Assembly (NCBI GenBank): GCA_951406725.2
Contig: OX597832.1
Location: 65,596,001-65,660,000, forward strand
Origin: Octopus vulgaris
Lineage: Eukaryota
DNA: 64,000 nt
Reading direction: 5' to 3'
The notes under the pieces were generated by a model that was not told where the DNA came from, made no database searches, and worked only from the letters and a program-made list of their open reading frames with translations. Position 1 is the first letter of the stretch. Each line of letters opens with the position of its first letter. Position numbers and translations under genes: made by a program. Below, piece by piece: positions 55,826 to 64,000 of this stretch.

Positions 55826-56131
55826 GCGAATATGTTACATGTAGTCGGCAGATGTTACCCAGCTTGGTTTGTACTTCATTTAGTCAATGGTTGGTAGGGA
55901 TAATCTGCATTGAACATAGAGAGACTGTTGGAGATAGCTCTCCTGTGCAAATTGAATTTTAATAAATCCTCTGATTTTGAGTTGGAAACGAATCTCAAAG
56001 AATATACGGTGGCGTCACAAAGGAAGATACATTAATCTGTCTATGCAGTATCTGTATATGCACACACATGCACACACAAGCCTAAACACGTATATATACG
56101 TATATCTCCATACGGATAGATATATCTGTGC

Positions 56132-56171
<40 letters not shown>

Positions 56172-56515
56172 TCATATATATACCATATCCACTTAGAGTG
56201 GAAGTAGGACTGGGGGAGGCATAAAACAAGATAGCTGATCGCATATTCTCTGTAAGATTATATGCATGCATTTATCACTTAAAGAAGTTTGATAGATATA
56301 TTTGCATATTTGCTCACACAACTAACCTTGTGTGGTTTAACGCCACAAATCACTTTTTTTCCGAATAGAATACAATTATGAATAACATTACCATGCTTAT
56401 ACGAATACAAATGCCATACTCATATTACATACATTGTCAACAGCATATATGCACAGCCGTATATGGGCCTATATGCGTGTAGTGTTTACTAGTGTATATA
56501 TGTATAAAGATATTC

Positions 56516-56582
<67 letters not shown>

Positions 56583-56735
56583 TATATATACATATATATA
56601 TGGGTTATATACAGATATATAAGATATATATATATATATGTGTATATATAAGTTATATATATAAACATATATATATATGTATGTATACATATACATATAT
56701 ATACATATAACGATATATATATATAAATATATATC

Positions 56736-56780
<45 letters not shown>

Positions 56781-57608
56781 ATATGTGTATGTATATATCT
56801 ATGTGTACATATGTATATGTATGTATATGTATATATATATATAAACTCACATCCACACATTAGTGTATCTATCTACTGATTTATCCATCTCTGTATCGTT
56901 CTCTGTCTTTGTGCATCGACCTATTAAGCTATGTATATGCATATGTACATGCATGCATCAATATGCTACTTCCACACCCTCAACATAAAATGCAAACACC
57001 CACATATACACGCGTACACACACGCACACATTTACTTATAATCTTTTGCTAAAACGCAGATTCCTATCAACAATTTTCAATATAAATCATGCAGTGATAA
57101 TCATAGAAACGGCCAATGACAAATTTGACCGTAGAAAATAGATATATAATGTTTAATTCATTTGCCCGTCTGCGTATGGCGTTCACCACGATTTCACTAA
57201 TATTAACACGCAACATTTGGCTTGAAAATTTCTGTGGTCTGAACTCTATCTGGAATGCTATCAAGAAAAACAGTCACTGACGATTATTGCCAACTACACA
57301 TGATCAATGGCGGACAAAACTGCTGTAATGAATGGCGATATAATATTGTGGCTGCAGTTCTCTAGAAGAAATTCTTATTTCAGGATGTAAATAATTTTGA
57401 GTATTAAGTCACTTAGTACGGTGAGGCGATTTCAATCTAATTTAGGCATGAATTTTACACGTTAATCTGCTTTGAAGAATTAATAATTTAATACCTGTAT
57501 TATAGAGGGAAATTGTTGAGGTAGCAATGGAAATGTTCCGGTGGGTAAGATGTAAATGATCCCTCTGCTTGTTGATAAAATTCTCTTGTCGTTTCAATCA
57601 TTTATACC

Positions 57609-57857
57609 TATTTCTTTACTACCCACAATAGGCTAACCACAGAGAGGACAAACAAGGACAGACAAATGGATTAAGTAGATTATATCGACCCCAGTGCGTA
57701 ACTGGTAGTTATTTAATCGATCCCGAAAGGATGAAAGGTAAAGTTGACCTCGGCGGAATTTGAACTCACAACGTAACGACAGACGAAATGCGGCTATGCA
57801 TTTCGCCCGGCATGCTAACGTTTCTGCCAGGTCGCCGCCTTGTCAAGCTCGCCGCCT
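57609..57857 (-). mobile_element. SINE family B with 23-bp TSD
   Basis: TSD ttgtc(g/c)tttcaatcatttatacc at 57586-57608 and 57858-57880. Confidence 0.88.
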
Positions 57858-58119
57858 TTGTCCTTTCAATCATTTATACCAACTTCTCTTCAAGTTAAAG
57901 ATTGTCTGAGCATTTCAATAATCAGCATGCTTGTTTATCCTTAACGTATTTCTTATTTCAAAAAAGCGAGATGCGGAATAACAAATACAGTTCACGTATA
58001 TATTTCTTTCTTTCATAAGTCTTAAATCCCCATCACCAGCGTTATTATGTTAAAATGTACTTCCTTAAGTTACCTTGTCATTGGCCTCCAAACTGAATAC
58101 ACGGTGGTTAGTATATTCA

Positions 58120-58196
<77 letters not shown>

Positions 58197-58329
58197 CGTC
58201 GTCGGTGTTGTTGTTATAATGATTATTATCAGTAGTAGTAACAATAGTAGTAGTAATATCAGTAGTAGTAGTATTAGTATTGGTAATAGTGCTACCATAG
58301 TCATCATCATCATCATAATCATTATTATC

Positions 58330-58850
58330 TCCTTTTAATTCTGTTTCCATTCCTTGCCGACCGTCTTCCTAACACCTAGAGCAAAGAAACCTTGTGTTAG
58401 AATACCTAAGCGACTTAATACTCGAATTATTTACTTTATAAAATAAGAATTTCTCCAAAAGAGCCGCAGCTACATTATTATTATTGTTGTTGTTTTGCAC
58501 GAATAATGCTGGAGATGTACTACTGTACATCTATCAGTGAACTTATTTTCTAGCACCCCTCGGAGTATTCGACCGGTTCCAGGTAGTGCTGTTTTCTGCA
58601 AGCGCTCCACCCTTATTGCAGCCCCTATTTATTCCATGTACTTCTCCAGATTTTTAATCAATGTTCCGAGGGCTTTGACAATTATTGTTACTACTATCCC
58701 CTTTTTCATTGACCACAACTGCTCAACCTCTCAAGCTAACCTTTCATATCTATCGACTTTTCTTTCTTCCTTATTGCATACTTGTCGTTACATGGGCATG
58801 TTACATATATGATCCAGTATCGTTTACTGCCTTTCACAATTAACACTATA
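58330..58850 (-). mobile_element. R4/Dong-type RLE LINE 3' fragments among (TAA)n/(TTC)n repeats
   Basis: Minus: KEERKVDRYERLA*EVEQLWSMK..IIVKALGT..ERLQKTALPGTGRILRGVL; R4/Dong elements are known to target TAA repeats. Confidence 0.7.
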
Positions 58851-59037
58851 TAATTATTATTGTTAATTCTTCTTCTTCTTCTTCTTCTTCTTCTTCTTCT
58901 TCTTCTTCTTCTTCTTCTTCTTCTTCTACTCCTCCTTCTCCTTCTTCTTCTTTTTCTTCTTCTCCTTCTCCCCTCCTCCTCCTCCTCCTCCTCTTCCTTC
59001 TTCTTCTCCCCCTCCTCCTGTTCTTTCTTCTTCTCCC

Positions 59038-59083
<46 letters not shown>

Positions 59084-59098
59084 CTCCTCCTCCTCCTC

Positions 59099-59159
<61 letters not shown>

Positions 59160-59939
59160 GCTACATAGGTATCTCAATGTGCTTCCATCTATTTTTTATG
59201 TCATTTCACGGATTGTACGTGGCCACTATCTTCTGCAACTGTGAATCAATAAATAAGTTCTACTACACGCGGGTATATTAAACTCACCTGGATTTTACCA
59301 ACCTATTCAGGAGAAAGTGTTTTTAGTGTCTTTAGTTTTTCCCTGTCAAATATAATGCGTTTTTCTAAATTAACCATTTATTATCTCGTAAATTACACAT
59401 TTCAATTATGTGGTTGCTTGTATTTAGAATAATTTTTTTCGGTGTATGTGAAAAGCCACATCTGGCCAGTAATATATTTAGGACGGATGTGACTGGTTTT
59501 ATTTGCTAAAGCGTTTAAAAATGTAATATAAAGACTTCGAATTTAAGACCCGGGTGATGCTATGAGACCTATTTCTTAAAAAAAACGAAGCGTAGTACAT
59601 AAAACTATATGCTGTACCCATGTCTCTTGTATCTGTTTTTTTTTCATAAATATTTTGCTCATTGAGGAATATGTCCTGGTTTTGGGATCTGCTACCAAAC
59701 CTATTCAGAGTAACAACTATCCAAGCATTTTGTCTATCCAATTCTGTATTACCTAATATTTATTTTCACATTTTAAAAAGACATTAGATAGAGATTTGAT
59801 GGAGATTTGAATCATATTTTAGGTAATCCAGAGTTAACACACAGGCTTCAGTAAAGGTTTCATTTTGCTCTGGGATTATTGAATATATTACTGGAATGGT
59901 GAAACTCGCATTGCTAATATCTTATTTTCGTCGTTTTAG

Positions 59940-59953
59940 GAACGAAATGATTT
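59940..59953 (+). CDS. Candidate 14-nt microexon
   Basis: gctaat branch-point-like motif, cttattttcgtcgttttag acceptor, TT|gtaagt donor. Confidence 0.3.
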
Positions 59954-60348
59954 GTAAGTAGGATTTTTAAGGAATTTCATAAATGATTTATGTATTTGAG
60001 AATATAATGAATGCACAACAAATCCCATATCAAATATTTTACAGAGAGGAAACAATCGGGGGTTGTATTCGTTATATTCTCATTTGTTTTTTTTATTTCT
60101 TAAAGTTATCTGAGCGATGTCAACCGGGTGTCAGATTTGAATAAAAGGCTATCGGATTGGCATTGTTGGAAATAATTGTTGCCATATCGACCAAATTTAG
60201 AAGCAAATATGTAGAATGTGTATATAATGATAAAAATACACTCACACACACACACACACGCCCTGATATATATATTTGTGCGTATATATATATGTATATA
60301 TCAATGAATATAAATGTATCTCTCTCTCTCTATCTATCTATCTATCAA

Positions 60349-60398
<50 letters not shown>

Positions 60399-60743
60399 CA
60401 TGCATATATATATACATACATGTATACAAAGTGACATATCTATATATATATATATATATGCGTGCATAATGTCTGTATGGTGCTATATACCATGTGATGT
60501 ATCTTGATATATGAGAATCTGAGTTTGGAATTCCGCTGCAATAATTGAAAGTTTCCTTTATCTAAATATATACAACACACCACCTTGACAGAGTGAGAAA
60601 GAGAAATAAAATATATGATAAAAAAATTGGGAAATCACCATTTAATAAATTGTAGATTTTGACAGCAGTTGCTGGCAAATGTTAGCAAATATTGCGACAG
60701 ATACAATCTACCGGGTTATTTTCAATTAAACACGAACACACGA

Positions 60744-60804
<61 letters not shown>

Positions 60805-61252
60805 TATATGTATATAAATATATATATATATATATTATATATACTCGTGTATATACATATGTATATGTATGTATATATATATACATATAAATACATACAT
60901 ATACATATGTATATAAATGTATATATATATATATATATATAGTCATATATATGTGTACATGTGCGCATTTGTGCGTGTGTGTGTGTGTGTGTATATGTGT
61001 GTGTATTAGATTGAATGCCAAAATAAGGTCGAGAAAGGTCGAGTTATTAAATAAAGCATGAAAGAATTCTGTTTTTCTTCCAAAAAGAAAACCAGAATAT
61101 AGAAACAAAACATATATGTACACATATATAAATATATAAATATCGTATATTTAAACATATATGTTTATGCACACACACATATATTCTTAACCTGTTTGTG
61201 GAATATAAATATTAGTGCTACTATATATTTTATCACAAATTTATTTTTACAG

Positions 61253-61304
61253 AGGAAAAGAACTCCCGCAAAAGAAACACAAACAAAATCGCTCAGGTGA
61301 AGAG
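61253..61304 (+). CDS. Candidate 52-nt exon
   Basis: tttatttttacag acceptor, GAG|gtacgg donor; joined to 59940-59953 reads ERNDLGKELPQKKHKQNRSGEE. Confidence 0.3.
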
Positions 61305-61797
61305 GTACGGAGTGAAATGTTTCGGAGAAAATCGCCAAGTTTTAATTCATGATTTATATCTACGTCTATTGAAGAGTGGTTTGTGTGGTATTCTTGATGT
61401 ATGTGTAGATTAAGGGTCAGTCCTTCATAGTGGTATTGTGTTGTTTTTTTTTTGTAGTAATTGCAAATGATAGGATCAGCAAAACACCACTCAATTTACT
61501 GTGTGTGAGCTATGCATGTATGCATACAAGAACACACACACCAACATACAGACATAGAAAAACAAAAGCACATATTCATAATATGTATATATATATATAT
61601 ATATATACATACATACATACATACACATACACACATGCTGTACTCTTTGGCCACAACTTTCTCTCACTCTTTCTTCTGTTGGCCTGCTTGCTTAGCTAGC
61701 GGGGTGGCGTCATTTGAAGGCTAAAACAATGCGAAGCGCATTGTTACCAGCGATGTGTAACAACATCTGATAGCCTGGTCGGTCAAGGAAAGTCACG

Positions 61798-61864
<67 letters not shown>

Positions 61865-62684
61865 CAGTGATCCCTCGTTTATCGCGGTACATTGGTTCCA
61901 AGCCCGGCCGCGATAACTGAATTTCCGCGAAGTAGAGACACCATATTTACAGTATTCATTTAACGTGTATTTGGACTTTTAAAACCCTCCCTGTACTGTT
62001 AAGAAACAACCCATTACAGTAGCCTATTAATAACATGGACAACTGTTAAGCAATAACACTTTAGATTTAAAAAAAAATAAAGATTGTTACTGTACTGAAT
62101 ACGAAAGAAGTTTAATTAAAATTTGAATGATGATGGTGATGAATTTGCTGCGTAGAAGAAATGATGATGATGAAGCTGATGGCGGTTCCCTTTCCTGGGA
62201 CACCTCTTCCACTTCTACGCAACCATAGTAGTGCAGCAGGAACTGGCTTTTTTTTGCGAGGCTGCAAAAACATTGTGATACGAAGTTGCTGCCGCTGCTT
62301 CTTTTTCCGTTGAAATAGCATCTTGTAGGGATTCATGACTTCATCGACCTTTTTGCAAAATTGCACAGAACCAACCATATTGTCGTCCCATTCCTGTGAT
62401 CTCTCTTTCAATTCTTAAACCAGGTTGCAGAGCTTGGTCAGCCGTTCCAAAGTCAAGCCAGTTTGATCAACAACTTATTCCGCTTCTTGCTGCTTTTCTT
62501 CTTCTTCTTCTTCTTCTTCTTCTTCTTCTTCTTCTTCTTCTTCTTCTTCTTCTTCTTCTTCTTCTTCTTCTTCTTCTCCTCCTTCTCCTTCTTCTCCTAC
62601 TTCTTCTTCTTCTTCTCTTCTTCTTCTTCTTCTTCTTCTTCTTCTTCTCCTCCTTCTCCTTCTTCTCCTACTTCTTCTTCTCCG

Positions 62685-62715
<31 letters not shown>

Positions 62716-63275
62716 CTCCTCCTCCTTCTTCTTCTTCTTCTTCTTCTCCTTCTCCTTCTCCTTCCTCTTCTTCTTCTTCTTCTTCTTCTTCTTCTCCTTC
62801 TCCTCCTCCTCCTCCTCCTCCTCCTCCTTCTTCTTCTTCTTCTTCTTCTTCTTCTCCTCCTCCTCCTCCTCCTTCTTCTTCTTCATCTTCTTCTTCTTCT
62901 TCTTCTTCTCCTCCTCCTCCTCCTCCTCCTCCTCCTTCTTCTCCTCCTCCTCCTCCTCCTCCTTCTTCTTCTTCTTCTTCTTCTTCTTCTCCTCCTCCTC
63001 CTTCTTCTTCTTCTTCTTCTTCTTCTTCTTCTTCTTCTTCTTCTTCTTCTTCTTCTTCTTCTTCTTCTTCTTCTTCTTCTCCTCCTCCTCCTCCTCCTTC
63101 TTCTTCTTCGTTGGCCAACTTCGTCAAGACTTCGAGGTCTGCGCCGGTTAGCGCCCAGGAGTGACAGTCTAATAACGCGTCGATATCTCCCGTGGTCATG
63201 TCTGCAAAGCTATCACTCTCAATGTTCGTAGCCAACTGCAAAGCATTCTCTACTGCGGAGTGTTGGATTTCGTGC
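61865..63275 (-). mobile_element. Tigger/pogo transposon 3' part with an expanded acidic-codon microsatellite
   Basis: TA plus TIR cagtgatccctcgtttatcgcgg; remnants FADMTTGDIDALLDCH..LTGADLEVL and EWDDNM..YKMLF..KKKQRQQLRITMFLQ. Confidence 0.8.
62494..63109. repeat. ~615-bp (TTC)n/(TCC)n polypyrimidine triplet array
   Basis: Seen directly. Confidence 0.95.
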
Positions 63276-64000
63276 TCGATTCATTGGTCACTTTCAGTTA
63301 TTGAAAGTCCACTTTATTATATTCTGCATCCAACATGTCCAAGTCACATGGAGGGAAATATTTTATGAGGTTTGTGGCTATGTTATGTTATGTTTTTTGT
63401 GCAACACACAAATGAAATAACAGCAGTCATTTCTTATATAGGGAAAGAGGGATTTATTTGTGATCATTAGAGTTCAGGAATATCCACTAATATGATTCAA
63501 TAATACTTTCTATATAAAAGCGCAGCACAACTAGGACAAACATAATCATATATTCTAATGATGTTGGGGCCTTGCCCCTTCGTATGAGTGAAATTAATAT
63601 TGTCTGACCTGAATATATTGGTGAGAAATAATATCAGAATTCCAGTAGATAAAATTCTTTCAAGAGAAGAACGGAGGTAGTGATAATGAAACACCTGGAA
63701 TATTTAGTGCACCTGGGGTCAAAACAGAGTATAGGAAACGAGATGTAAAAAAGTGAAACATAAGCGTGACGTGACATACCACTACAATATTACGAGGGAT
63801 AAACGACACTTTGGCTGGAGTGAAAGAGGTAAAGAGATAAGGTTTAGTATGTGGGTGGACAGAACCCTGCAACTATGGCTGAGCATTTGCGGTTGCAATG
63901 AAAGTAACTAGTGAAACACATCCTTCTTCGACTTGTACAGACATATACGAACACACACAGACAAAGACACATATACGCAAACACACACACTCACGCACAC

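Noticed and set aside
62396-63164. Poly-F/S/P ORFs on the plus strand
   Set aside because: Antisense reading of the triplet array inside a Tigger relic

Overview
AT-rich, microsatellite-saturated eukaryotic DNA. The SINE families and repeat style point to an octopus (inference). Almost all long ORFs in the track are microsatellite artefacts. Supported content: two tRNA-derived SINE families (about 12 copies); LINEs (one young 5'-truncated CR1-group copy with an open ~835-codon EN/RT frame, plus decayed RTE, CR1/L2, HERO and R4/Dong copies); DNA transposon relics (2 Tigger/pogo, mariner, Tc1, hAT MITE); 3 non-autonomous Helitrons; and several Penelope-like element (PLE) relics inserted in (TA)n. 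The standout is a non-coding ~490-bp near-identical tandem array with a head-to-head inverted arm (52611-54667). Each unit carries a complete type I hammerhead ribozyme with a palindromic, dimer-type stem III and an unusually large stem II insertion, i.e. a retrozyme-like element predicted to yield ~490-nt monomer/circular RNA. Further hammerheads sit on other PLE relics. No host gene can be identified; a few small plus-strand candidate exons are noted at low confidence.
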